Below, one piece after another: positions 10,255 through 19,807 of a stretch of 64,000 bases of DNA. Each line of letters opens with the position of its first letter. The stretch's first letter is position 1. This stretch comes from Nitrosopumilus sp. (GTDB taxonomy: Archaea > Thermoproteota > Nitrososphaeria > Nitrososphaerales > Nitrosopumilaceae). The DNA lies in assembly GCA_965214775.1 (NCBI GenBank), contig OZ243974.1:1504001-1568000 (forward strand), written 5' to 3'. The notes below the pieces were generated by a model, which was not told the origin of the DNA, ran no database searches, and saw nothing but the letters and a program-made list of their open reading frames with translations. The translations under genes and the position numbers were made by a program.

Positions 10255-10914
10255 ATGGTCACACTGGACAAAAACAGGACTGTTCTGCTGTTGCTGTTAT
10301 TGGCACTTCCTTTGATCATTATATCGCTTGTCTTTGTCCAGACCAACTCCACGGAGACCGAACCAGACAGGGTGCAAGAGGACATACCTGATGCCGTAAG
10401 AAACGGACTTGCCTATAGCCTGTATCAGCTTTATCTGGAGTATGAAGAAACTGGTATGATTGGGAGCAGGCATGTCTCAGAAAAAAGCATTCATGGCGAA
10501 AGATTGCATGTTTTAGTTGAGTTTGAATCTGACGATTGTACAATACCAAAGGAATTAGGCGTGGTGGCAAAATCGTGTTATCTGTCTTATGGGGGCTACG
10601 AGACGGTGATTTTAGTTTCACCTTCTGACTTGGTCAGGCTGGCAGAACTCGACAACGTAGACAGCGTTTTAGAAATAGCTGAACCAGGCCCAGATTCAGT
10701 AATGCAGCAGCAACTAGAACCTCCACAGGAGGAAATAAAACAGGATCACCCAGTAGTTACAGCACAGCAGCAAACTCTACCAATGCCACAAGATGACACA
10801 AACATGGATGCCGTCTTCAACACAACGATAACTGTAACTATCGCTGTAGCAGTTCTGACTGCCACAATTGTACTCTACAGAAGAAAACGGACCCGAAAAA
10901 AAATTAAAGTCTAG
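10255..10914 (+). CDS. Secreted or surface hypothetical protein with C-terminal TM anchor and basic tail
   Basis: N-terminal hydrophobic stretch; Q/P-rich linker; TM helix followed by RRKRTRKK. Confidence 0.65.
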   Translation: MVTLDKNRTVLLLLLLALPLIIISLVFVQTNSTETEPDRVQEDIPDAVRNGLAYSLYQLYLEYEETGMIGSRHVSEKSIHGERLHVLVEFESDDCTIPKELGVVAKSCYLSYGGYETVILVSPSDLVRLAELDNVDSVLEIAEPGPDSVMQQQLEPPQEEIKQDHPVVTAQQQTLPMPQDDTNMDAVFNTTITVTIAVAVLTATIVLYRRKRTRKKIKV

Positions 10915-10991
10915 CGTTACTGCTTTGCTGTAGGTGCTGATTGCAACGTCTCTGTCTGCAACAACTGCGCACGCAAATCATGGCCTCTCAG

Positions 10992-11419
10992 AGAGTTGAT
11001 TCGAAATTAGCAAACTCTGATTATTTGTGAACGAATTTGCATAGAACGGCTCAAAACACCAACAAAATACAAACTATCGTAACAGGTCGGGCTCTGGAAG
11101 TTCAGGCGCGAGTTTTGCCATCTCGGGGAGGCCTCCCATGTAGATCCGTGCCTAAAATCAGGAGCAGCTTCCAGAGCCCGACCTGTTACAAACTATCTGT
11201 AAAATTACATGAAAAATTCGCACGGTTTCTAATTTCGGATCATCTCTCAGGGGGCTGATTCAAGATTGGCAGATCCAGATCATGCATAAACGAATTCACA
11301 CTATCAAATCGATTAAAACATCTGCAAATGACGGTTATCTGATGCAAACATGCAGGTTGCTTGGCAGGTGTGCAGAAAAATCCGGGCATTGATTCAGTTT
11401 CCAGTTTCGGATCATCTCT
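10992..11419. mobile_element. Tandem MITE-C copies (10992-11247, 11251-11419) with MITE-A nested at 11079-11189
   Basis: cag TSDs at 10989-10991, 11248-11250 and 11420-11422. MITE-A has inverted repeats gtaacaggtcgggctctggaag and a perfect 8-bp TSD aaactatc. Confidence 0.88.
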
Positions 11420-11513
11420 CAGGGCAGGACTGGTGCACAAGATCAATGTTTGCAGAATCAGGCATGGTTGACACTAAGAGACGGATAATAAAATAAGAGA
11501 AAAATAGGCTTGT

Positions 11514-11846
11514 TTATCCTCTTCCCATTGCTGCGTATTTGCCAGATCTTCCTCTAATGAAGAAAGCTCCTGCAATGCCACCAAAGACTGCACCAGAAAT
11601 AACTGAAGCGCCTACGACACCACTTGCATCAAGATATGGTGTTCCTGAACCAGATGATGGATTTGCCTCAACAGCTTCGATTCTTCTACGCTGAATTTCT
11701 AGAATTTCTTCTAGGGTCTTAGATCCGGTTTCTCCGGACTCGCCAACGTTGCCCAGGTATTGGGCAAATGCAACTGAAGCTGCACCGACGGCGCCAAAGA
11801 AAAATACAGACAGCATGGTTACTGTTAGTAGTACTTTTGTATTCAT
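11514..11846 (-). CDS. Small membrane protein, likely conserved in thaumarchaea
   Basis: Signal peptide; GSGTPYLDASGVVGA and C-terminal TM helix with RGRSGKYAAMGRG. Confidence 0.8.
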   Translation of the reverse strand: MNTKVLLTVTMLSVFFFGAVGAASVAFAQYLGNVGESGETGSKTLEEILEIQRRRIEAVEANPSSGSGTPYLDASGVVGASVISGAVFGGIAGAFFIRGRSGKYAAMGRG

Positions 11847-11902
11847 ACCGTTTACCTGTTCTTTTTAAGGCCAGAATGCCTATTAAAACTTTAGTCTGTG
11901 CC

Positions 11903-12023
11903 CAGTCTTCCCAGAAGTAACCCGGAAAACGGCTCTGGATTTGAAGCAAACCAAGTTATGACGCCTGCAAATTCACTTGCCGGCATCTGGACAGTCACGA
12001 ATCGCGTACCTCTGGGAAGACTG
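11903..12023. mobile_element. MITE family F upstream of rps15
   Basis: Inverted repeats cagtcttcccaga / tctgggaagactg; 5-bp TSD gtgcc. Confidence 0.85.
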
Positions 12024-12104
12024 GTGCCTGTACCTCAAATTTTTGAAAAATGTGCGAGATCGGACACAAGTAACGTTTAATTCCGCTCGGAATTGAGCCA
12101 AAAT

Positions 12105-12554
12105 ATGGGACGAATGCACACTCACAGACATGGAAAATCCCATTCTATTAGACCGGCAACGCCAAGGGCACCCTCATGGATTACACAAAGTCCCGCCGAA
12201 GTCGAAGAATTAGTTGTAAAATACTCCAAGGATGGCTTGACACCTAGTCAAATTGGAATCAAGCTAAGAGACCAGCACTCAATCCCGTTAATCAAACCAA
12301 TTACGAAAAAAACTGTTGGAGAGATTTTAGAAGAACGCGATCTCAAAGCAGAGATGCCCGAAGACCTGGAAAACATTGTAAAGAAGGCAGTGGGTCTTCA
12401 AAAACACCTCAAGGCAAACAAAGGAGACAGAAGAAATGTCAGATCTCTGGAATTAATTGAGGCCAAAGTCCACAGATTGTCTGTTTATTACAAAAAAATT
12501 AAAAGAATTCCTAAAAACTGGAAATATAAATCCGTGGTTGCCCAACTAGAGTAA
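12105..12554 (+). CDS. rps15: 30S ribosomal protein S15 (uS15/S13e)
   Basis: MGRMHTHRHGKSHS, PSQIGIKLRDQH, PEDL, LIEAKVHRL..YYK. Confidence 0.97.
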   Translation: MGRMHTHRHGKSHSIRPATPRAPSWITQSPAEVEELVVKYSKDGLTPSQIGIKLRDQHSIPLIKPITKKTVGEILEERDLKAEMPEDLENIVKKAVGLQKHLKANKGDRRNVRSLELIEAKVHRLSVYYKKIKRIPKNWKYKSVVAQLE

Positions 12555-13972
12555 TGGCAAAGTCACTTGATGAGTCACTATCGTTTTTCAAAGACAAGGT
12601 TTCAGACTGCATCAAATCGCAGAAATCGATCTCCGTAACCACCCATATTGACTGTGATGGACTGGCATCTGGAAGCATCATTGCCAAGGCCCTGATCAGA
12701 GCTGGGGCAAGATGTACCCTGAGAACGTCCAAAGAATTCGGCAAAAATGTCGCCGAGTCTTTCAAGACGGACTCTAGAGACTTTCACATAGTAACTGATC
12801 TTGGCGGGGGTTTTGGAGAAGAGATGAATCAAAATCTGGGGGATAACTGGATAATCCTTGATCACCACCAGATTCCGGAAACCGAGATTGACAATCCGAA
12901 TGTAATCAATGCCTGGAAGTATGGAATTGATGGGGGAGCAGAGATTTGTGCAGGAGGCATGGCATACCTTGCATCAATGGCATTAGACGGAAAAAATTCA
13001 GATCTCTCGTCAATTGCCGTAGTGTCTGCATTGGGAGACAGGCAGGACCGGGGGGAACGAAAGTCATTTACAGGAAAAAATTTTGAGATTGCTGGGACTG
13101 CCAAAGACTTGGGATTGCTTGAGATTGATTTAGACTTGCTTTTGGTTGGAAGAGAGACCAGGCCGCTTGCAGATGCCTTGGCATTTACCTCCCAGCCATT
13201 TATTGAGGGACTGACTTGGAATCGCGATGCCTGTCTTTCTGCATTAGACTCATCGGGGATCCAACTCAAGGAAGGTGGAAGATGGAGGGTTCCTGCAGAA
13301 TTAAACGAAGATGAGAAAAGAGCGGTTATTGAATCAATTACAAAATTTGCCTCTGGAAAAAATACAACTGAGATAATGTCCCAACTAATTGGATACACCT
13401 ACACATTCCCAAGAGAAGACAAGCGGAGCTTCCTAAGAGACGGGAGGGAGTTCTCTACGATGCTGAATTCTTGCGGAAGGATAAGCAGATCAGGGGTTGG
13501 CATGGCAGTCTGCATGGGCGATAGAAACAAGATTCTAAGGGAGGGGGAGACGATATTAACAGACTATAGGAAGATGATCAGGGAGTACATGAATATCTTA
13601 TCAAGTGAAAGATGGAGAATCTCTGAAAGCAAGACATGTGTTATGGTAAACGGGGAAGACATTGTCCCTGAAACAATGACTGGAACAATATCGTCATTAA
13701 TTGCAGGCTCCCCTAAAAATTCGGGAAAAATTGTGATTTTGAGAGCCAAGGGGGAGAGGAACACAATCAAATTCTCATCAAGAAAGTCGTTTGGATGCAA
13801 ATCTGAGATTAATCTGAGTGATCTGATGAGGGCAGGCGCAGAAAAATTTGACGGCGTTGGCGGAGGTCACGATGCTGCAGCCGGAGCAAAAATAACTAAA
13901 GACAAATTAGACGACTTTCTTGACTATTTGGAAGCAAATGTCGTTAACGTGCCAAGTACGGGTAGTACTTGA
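12554..13972 (+). CDS. DHH-family phosphoesterase (RecJ-like)
   Basis: HIDCDG, TDLG, LDHH, GGGHDAAAGA motifs; conserved position after rps15. Confidence 0.93.
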   Translation: MAKSLDESLSFFKDKVSDCIKSQKSISVTTHIDCDGLASGSIIAKALIRAGARCTLRTSKEFGKNVAESFKTDSRDFHIVTDLGGGFGEEMNQNLGDNWIILDHHQIPETEIDNPNVINAWKYGIDGGAEICAGGMAYLASMALDGKNSDLSSIAVVSALGDRQDRGERKSFTGKNFEIAGTAKDLGLLEIDLDLLLVGRETRPLADALAFTSQPFIEGLTWNRDACLSALDSSGIQLKEGGRWRVPAELNEDEKRAVIESITKFASGKNTTEIMSQLIGYTYTFPREDKRSFLRDGREFSTMLNSCGRISRSGVGMAVCMGDRNKILREGETILTDYRKMIREYMNILSSERWRISESKTCVMVNGEDIVPETMTGTISSLIAGSPKNSGKIVILRAKGERNTIKFSSRKSFGCKSEINLSDLMRAGAEKFDGVGGGHDAAAGAKITKDKLDDFLDYLEANVVNVPSTGST

Positions 13973-14180
13973 TGATATACCAAAGGAAAAGGCCATAACC
14001 GTTCAGAAAGCATTGGAGCCGGACAACGTGGATTTTCCGGAGGGTCTGAGCCTTTGTGTCGAGAATGTTGATAACAAACTAATCTTTAATTTTGAAAGTA
14101 GGAAGAACATGAAGCAGCTTGTCGGAACAGTTGATGAGGTTTTGGAACACATCCAGGTTGCACTAAAGGTGATTGAATAA
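13938..14180 (+). CDS. pcc1: KEOPS complex subunit Pcc1
   Basis: ALEPDN motif; about 80 aa; conserved archaeal position between DHH gene and serS. Confidence 0.8.
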   Translation: MSLTCQVRVVLDDIPKEKAITVQKALEPDNVDFPEGLSLCVENVDNKLIFNFESRKNMKQLVGTVDEVLEHIQVALKVIE

Positions 14181-15445
14181 TGCTTGATCCAAAAATCATC
14201 AAAGAAAAACCCGAGACAATCAAAAACATGCTAAAATCCCGGGCCGTGGATTTTGATCTGGACGGCCTAGTCGAATCCGATAAAAAAAGACGCGAATATA
14301 TCATCAAAACCGATGAGCTGAGAAAAAAGAGGAATCAGATTGGACAAGAGATTGCGCAAAAAAGAAAGGCGGGAAAAGACGCAGCCTTGATTCTCGCAGA
14401 GATGAAAAACGTTTCAACAGAATTGGCAAAATTAGAAGATGAACAAGAACAGATTGAAAGAAGACATGCTGGCCTGGCATTTACAATTCCCAACCTGATT
14501 CATGAATCTGTTCCAATAGGGCCTGATGAAAGTACAAACAAAGAGATTAAAAAATGGGGAAACCTGCCAAGTTTTGACTTTAAGATAGATGACCACATTG
14601 CCATCTCTGAAAACTTGAATCTTGTTGATTTGAAACGGGCCGCAAAGGTTGCCGGTGCAAGGTTCTACTATCTCAAAAATGATCTGGTCAGGCTGAACCA
14701 GTCGCTGATTCATTATGCCTTGGACTTTTTGACCAAGAAGGAATACCTGCTTGTCCAGCCGCCATACATGATAAACCGTGAGGCAATGCAGGGATCTGTC
14801 ATTGCAGATGATTTTGAAGAGGTAATATACAAAATTCACGAAGAGGATCTCTACATGATTGGAACTTCAGAGCACGCAATGGCTGCCATGCATTCGGGGG
14901 AGATTATCGAGGGAAGGGATCTTCCATTGAGATATGCGGGAGTCAGTCCGTGTTTTAGAAAGGAGGCCGGCGCACATGGCAGAGACCAGAAAGGGATTTT
15001 CAGGGTGCACCAGTTTGACAAAATTGAGCAGTTTGTATTTGCAAGACCGGAGGATTCGTGGAAGGAGCACGAAAGAATGCTGTCAATTGCCGAAGAATTC
15101 TACCGGCAGCTGGAGATTCCTCACAGGGTAATGCTGCTGTCAACAGGGGACATGGGAAAGGTTTCTGCTAAAACCTATGATATTGAGGCATGGATGGCAG
15201 GACAAAATGCATACCGGGAAGTTGTTTCATGTTCAAACTGCTTGGACTATCAGTCAAGAAGGCTTAAGATCAGATTCCGAGACAAGACTAACGAGGATAC
15301 GCAATATCTCCATACGCTCAACAGCACACTGGTTGCCACAAGCAGAGTTCTGGTCTCCATCATGGAGAATTTCCAAACCAAGGATGGCCACATACGAGTT
15401 CCGCGGGTTTTACAGGACTATATGGGGGATCAGAAAGAGATCTAG
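14180..15445 (+). CDS. serS: Serine-tRNA ligase
   Basis: GTSEH, FRKEAG.HGRD.KGIFRVHQFDKIEQF, EVVSCSNC, HTLNST motifs. Confidence 0.98.
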   Translation: MLDPKIIKEKPETIKNMLKSRAVDFDLDGLVESDKKRREYIIKTDELRKKRNQIGQEIAQKRKAGKDAALILAEMKNVSTELAKLEDEQEQIERRHAGLAFTIPNLIHESVPIGPDESTNKEIKKWGNLPSFDFKIDDHIAISENLNLVDLKRAAKVAGARFYYLKNDLVRLNQSLIHYALDFLTKKEYLLVQPPYMINREAMQGSVIADDFEEVIYKIHEEDLYMIGTSEHAMAAMHSGEIIEGRDLPLRYAGVSPCFRKEAGAHGRDQKGIFRVHQFDKIEQFVFARPEDSWKEHERMLSIAEEFYRQLEIPHRVMLLSTGDMGKVSAKTYDIEAWMAGQNAYREVVSCSNCLDYQSRRLKIRFRDKTNEDTQYLHTLNSTLVATSRVLVSIMENFQTKDGHIRVPRVLQDYMGDQKEI

Positions 15446-15601
15446 TGGCAACACGCCCACCACCTCCTCCTCCTTACACGCGGTATTGCAGGGTACCATA
15501 ACCATATTTGATCTTTTTTGCGTTCCAATAATCGATCTGTCACGCTTGATTTAGGTATTGCGCGACAATACGCGACAAGAGTCTACCACCTACGGAAGAT
15601 A

Positions 15602-15684
15602 TATAGCAACGAGCAGAAATAATTGAGGTTTTTTACGTATAGTTATGACCTGCTTTGACTCAAAGACTTCTGCCCGTTGCTATA
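15602..15684. mobile_element. MITE family H
   Basis: Near-identical to 9939-10021. Confidence 0.85.
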
Positions 15685-15700
15685 CAAAATCTTTTGATAT

Positions 15701-16639
15701 TTAAAAAAGTCTTCTCTGTGATGTGATCTGAGTTTTAAATTCGCGTTTTATGGCCTCGGTTGTGGCATTTCTCATTACTTCTTTTGCGTCTGTTACTACT
15801 TTTGCACCTGCCTTGCTGCGCGTAACGACAATCAAGTCATATAGTTTGCTAGCACCTTCCTTGTACACTCCAATATCAATTACGTTTTTCTTAGATGTTG
15901 TACGAAGTTTTTCCAAGTAACGATCTAGCAATTTTTCTCCTAAAGACGATACTCTGGGACCATCTCTGATTTTCTTCCAAGAGTCATCACCAAAAAATTC
16001 ATTGAGATTCTTTTCACCCTTTTTGTTTTTCCTTGTAGCAGAAACATTTTGTGCTATTCTGTGGGTGTAAAAATTAAGGATTATATCTATGCCAACCTCT
16101 CTGGCTAGCTTTTCCATAAATTGCCATTTGATCGGGACATATGCAGCAGGATCTATCAGAACAAGAATTGCAACTTGATATTTTCTTAGTGCTAGAATTT
16201 TCTTTACAGCATTTTCAAAATCGATAGTGCTTGCCTTATAGGAGACTCCATTCAGAATAGACTTGCTGCTCTCCAAGCGAGCATTAAGCGAATTAACATA
16301 ATCTGAATTAATATCTGAAAAAACACAGTCTGTATAACCCAGTGATGATGCATTTAGCGCTCCAATTAATGCCGATCCTGGAAAAGATTCCTTTTTCAAA
16401 CTAAGATCCTTAAAATTTGCAAACTTTCCAAAGCCACAAAAAGGATCTGCATAATAAAATTTCTTGAAATTATTTTTACGTACGATACATATGAAAACAG
16501 GCATGTAATAGTCAAGCAAAAGAAATTTCTTAATAGACCAAATATCGCCGATTGATTTTTCTAAACCATCATCATGAATATGTGCAAAACTTGCTCTTGC
16601 CCTCTTGATACTGCCAGTTATAGAAAATTTGTTTGACAA
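15701..16639 (-). CDS. tcmP: Three-Cys-motif partner protein (TcmP-like, SAM-methyltransferase fold)
   Basis: WS.KK..LL.YY, YADPFCG.G, GSAL, LIDP, LNEFFGDDSW motifs; AT-rich; partner DUF5131 gene nearby. Confidence 0.82.
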   Translation of the reverse strand: MSNKFSITGSIKRARASFAHIHDDGLEKSIGDIWSIKKFLLLDYYMPVFICIVRKNNFKKFYYADPFCGFGKFANFKDLSLKKESFPGSALIGALNASSLGYTDCVFSDINSDYVNSLNARLESSKSILNGVSYKASTIDFENAVKKILALRKYQVAILVLIDPAAYVPIKWQFMEKLAREVGIDIILNFYTHRIAQNVSATRKNKKGEKNLNEFFGDDSWKKIRDGPRVSSLGEKLLDRYLEKLRTTSKKNVIDIGVYKEGASKLYDLIVVTRSKAGAKVVTDAKEVMRNATTEAIKREFKTQITSQRRLF

Positions 16640-16860
16640 GCCATACCTCCTGACAACTCAACAATAGACCTTATGCGTAATCGACTGGATCGAAATATTA
16701 CGTTTGCAAGCTGACCATGCATGCAGAACCGGCAGCGTCATACGGCATGTGCAAAGGCGGCAGAGGACACCGCACCGCATGTCATGAGCCCGTCTAGCTG
16801 ACAAAAACTGTAGTATCGTGCGGCATCGTGTGGCGCCGCAATGCGCTCCGCGTCGTAATA

Positions 16861-18060
16861 TCAGAACCCAAGCCTGAGCTTCTTGTCCCGCTTGTCCCAC
16901 AGCGTCCTAAAGTTGGCAAGCCCGGCTGTCACCTGGAACTCCCGGTCAAACTCCTCGGCCGTCCCGTCGTACGGGTCGCGCATCCGCTTGTACTGTTTTA
17001 CCAGCCATATGGCATGCTCGACTGTCACCCTCTCGCTACTTGTCCTCCTGTTCTGTGCGCGCTGTTTCTTTGTAAGCTTGTCCCCCTTTGGTTTCTTGTG
17101 GGGCTGCATGGATATGACCCCTGGGTACATTTTTTTGATTCCAAGGTACCCAAGATCCGATAACAGTTTTACCTTCTCGTCATCGGGATGCTTCCTGTTG
17201 CTGCGCATCCTGGCAGTCAGGATTCCCAGCTCCGGGGGGTTGTCCCTTATCATGGTGAGGTCGTGCGCGCTTCCCGGAGCCGACTTGCTTGCGTATATTA
17301 TCAGCCTGTCCTTGTTGGTCATTACCTGGACGTTGCGCGTAAAGCTCTTCTTCTTGCCAGAGTACGCCTCCTTTCTTGGCTCCCTGTCTGTGGGGCGCTG
17401 TATGTCTATGTGCGTGCCGTCGACGGCTACGGTCAGGTCGGGGACGATCTTCATCAGATCCTCTATGGTGCATGTGTTTCGTATCTTCTGTGATATTTTA
17501 TACGGCGTGGGCAGTATCTCAAGGAATATGATGTCAGAAAACTTGATGTACCTGCATACGGTGCTCTGGTCTATGCCAAAGAATGCCGCCAGCTGCTCCT
17601 GGATGAGGTTTCCGCGCTTGCGCATCAGGGCCAGCAGGAAGGCGTGTCTGTAGGACAGCTTGCACCGGTTTCCGGGCCCGTCGTCCTCGTCCTCAGAAAA
17701 CAGGGGGCATTCTGTATGCTTTTTGGCCTTCTCCATATACAGGTTTAATATATATTCAAACTGACGCAGGTTCAGGGACGTGGTGGCCTGCAGGGATCGG
17801 CCGCCGATTATGTCCTCGAGCACCTCGAGCCTGTGCATGAACGCGACGTTCTCTGCGGTACGCCTTTTGTCATTCCATGTTACAGGCCAGAACCCGCGCT
17901 CAAAGTCCAGCCTCTGGTTTAACTGCCCTATCTTGTCCTGGGCCTGCTCGTACATTTGCCTGTACTGTGCATTCTCCCTCCCTTGCTGCCTGGCCTCCCT
18001 CTTGTACTGCATCTTCTCCTGCTCGTACATTTGCCTGTACTGCTCATTCTCTTTGCTCAT
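16861..18060 (-). CDS. IS5-family transposase, 5'-truncated with a new ATG at the insertion junction
   Basis: Protein identical to 27630-28865 from SKENEQ onward; VDGT, DLGYLG, R..VEH DDE motifs. Confidence 0.75.
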   Translation of the reverse strand: MSKENEQYRQMYEQEKMQYKREARQQGRENAQYRQMYEQAQDKIGQLNQRLDFERGFWPVTWNDKRRTAENVAFMHRLEVLEDIIGGRSLQATTSLNLRQFEYILNLYMEKAKKHTECPLFSEDEDDGPGNRCKLSYRHAFLLALMRKRGNLIQEQLAAFFGIDQSTVCRYIKFSDIIFLEILPTPYKISQKIRNTCTIEDLMKIVPDLTVAVDGTHIDIQRPTDREPRKEAYSGKKKSFTRNVQVMTNKDRLIIYASKSAPGSAHDLTMIRDNPPELGILTARMRSNRKHPDDEKVKLLSDLGYLGIKKMYPGVISMQPHKKPKGDKLTKKQRAQNRRTSSERVTVEHAIWLVKQYKRMRDPYDGTAEEFDREFQVTAGLANFRTLWDKRDKKLRLGF

Positions 18061-18141
18061 AGTCAACATATAAAAAAAAGAACAATTTTGACAACTATTT
18101 TTGATCCAAACATTAAGATCAGGCAAGGAATACGCATATGC

Positions 18142-19197
18142 ATGGACAGACAGAGAAAGGAATTCGTAGCATCAGGAAGCAAATTCCTGCCAAATACGTC
18201 ACGCTCCTACCTGCACAAGGCATACAAAAAGGAGACAGACAAGAGAAAGCGCGACAGGCTGCTTGCATACATGCAGCGCAAGGACGACCTCGGTGTGGAA
18301 CAGATAGCAAAGAACCTCGACCGGGCACATTCCACCATATCCAAGTGGCTCATCCGCGCACAGGACGAGGGAATACGTGCAAGGCACGAGCGGCCAGGCA
18401 GGGGACGCAAGCACAAGCTGAGTGAGTCGCAGCTGAAACAGCTTGCAGCGGATCTCAAGTCAGGATCCGAGGAGTGCGGTTTTGAGAGCAGCCTGTGGGA
18501 CTCGGGCCTGATGAGACGGCACATCAAAAAGAAGTTCGGCATAGAATACAGCAAGAGCGGCACGCGGCTGCTGGCACGCGAGCTTGGGTTCTCATGGAGG
18601 AAGCCGAGGCCAAAGAACCCAAAGGCCGTCTCAAAACAAAAGCAGAACGAGTTCAAGGAGGCATCCCAAGAGCTGATACGGGAAAAGGAGGCGCAAGGGT
18701 ATACGGTACTGGCAGAAGACGAGTCATCCATACAAAAGACCTCAAACAGCCCCAAACACGGGTGGCTCAGGCGCGGCATGAGCGTCACGGCGCCCTTGAC
18801 GCTGTCACGGCAGCGCCGGTACATGTTCGGCGTGCTGGCAGTTAACATATTCTACTATATGTTCTATGACAAGACCAACACCGACAGCTTTTGCGACTTT
18901 TTGGAAAAGGTGCACGAAAAGTACGGAAAGGTGTTGATATTCCTGGATAATGCGTCATACCACAAGTCTGTCGGCGTAAGGGAGATGCTGGAAAAGTACA
19001 AGGGCGAGATAATACTGAAGTACCTGCCGCCGCACACGCCGGAGCTCAATCCTGTAGAGATACAGTGGAGGGAGATAAAGCGGAGGCTGTCTGCCAAGAT
19101 GTTTGATACGCTTGATGAGATGGAGCAGTCCGTGCGGAAGATGTTTGCCAGTGGAGAGATCCTACCGGTAAAGATGTTCCGATATTTGATGGGCTGA
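18142..19197 (+). CDS. IS630-family transposase
   Basis: HTH domains; AEDES, FLDNASYH, LPPHTPELNPVE motifs. Confidence 0.92.
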   Translation: MDRQRKEFVASGSKFLPNTSRSYLHKAYKKETDKRKRDRLLAYMQRKDDLGVEQIAKNLDRAHSTISKWLIRAQDEGIRARHERPGRGRKHKLSESQLKQLAADLKSGSEECGFESSLWDSGLMRRHIKKKFGIEYSKSGTRLLARELGFSWRKPRPKNPKAVSKQKQNEFKEASQELIREKEAQGYTVLAEDESSIQKTSNSPKHGWLRRGMSVTAPLTLSRQRRYMFGVLAVNIFYYMFYDKTNTDSFCDFLEKVHEKYGKVLIFLDNASYHKSVGVREMLEKYKGEIILKYLPPHTPELNPVEIQWREIKRRLSAKMFDTLDEMEQSVRKMFASGEILPVKMFRYLMG

Positions 19198-19216
19198 CTA
19201 CTGCAGCAGCAGCAGC

Positions 19217-19329
19217 AACAACAACTGTCGTGTTCCATACTGTCGGGTCTTGTGTGGCAGTATGTCAAACCCCCCATGCACGAATTAACTACTGCCACAA
19301 CAACTGTCGTGTTCCATACTGTCGGGTCT
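19217..19329 (+). repeat. ~33-bp direct repeat in the IS630 3' non-coding region, preceded by a CAG/CAA run
   Basis: acaacaactgtcgtgttccatactgtcgggtct occurs twice. Confidence 0.75.
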
Positions 19330-19807
19330 AGTACGCCTTGCGAAGACGTGAGTGCTTTGCTTGCCTAGGAATTTGTCCCTTGATGTTGCGAATTCTACCT
19401 GTTTTCCCATGCATGTGCGATGGTTTGCCTGATCTTAATGTTTGGATCAAAAGCAGTTGTCAAAATTGTTCGTTTTTTTATGAATTGACTACAGTTGCCG
19501 TATAAGCACGGTCTCGGATTTTGCCATCACTCCTGTTCGAGGATGGATCCCGGATCTAAATCAACCGACTGAAAATAGTCGCAGTTTTGATCAAATATTT
19601 TGGACAATGCGAGGCGCTGCCTGCCAGCCTGATGCATGATCAGCTTGCAAACAGGATATTTCGATCCGGGCGATTACGCATAAAGTCTAATATTAATTTT
19701 TTAAATTTCTATTTATTGCTATGATGCAAGGTTTGTGCACCTATAGTCAAGAACTAACACAACATACAAAATGAATACTTTTAGCATGGTGTAGATCTGA
19801 TAGAGAC

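Larger units (their letters stand above)
18060..19491 (+). mobile_element. IS630-family element
   Basis: About 67-bp imperfect inverted repeats (tagtcaa...ttgatccaaacattaagatcaggcaa); duplicated ca at 18058-18059 and 19492-19493. Confidence 0.9.
16666..19688 (-). mobile_element. IS5-family element D, copy interrupted by an IS630-like element
   Basis: Ends agaccttatgcgtaatcg / cgattacgcataaagtct; TSD aat; 1589 bp after removing the insert, the same length as 27472-29060. Confidence 0.92.

Noticed and set aside
16883-17653. Long antisense ORFs in transposases and integrases (also 28073-28843, 18207-18848, 22616-23038)
   Set aside because: Shadow frames of GC-rich coding sequence with no recognisable motifs.
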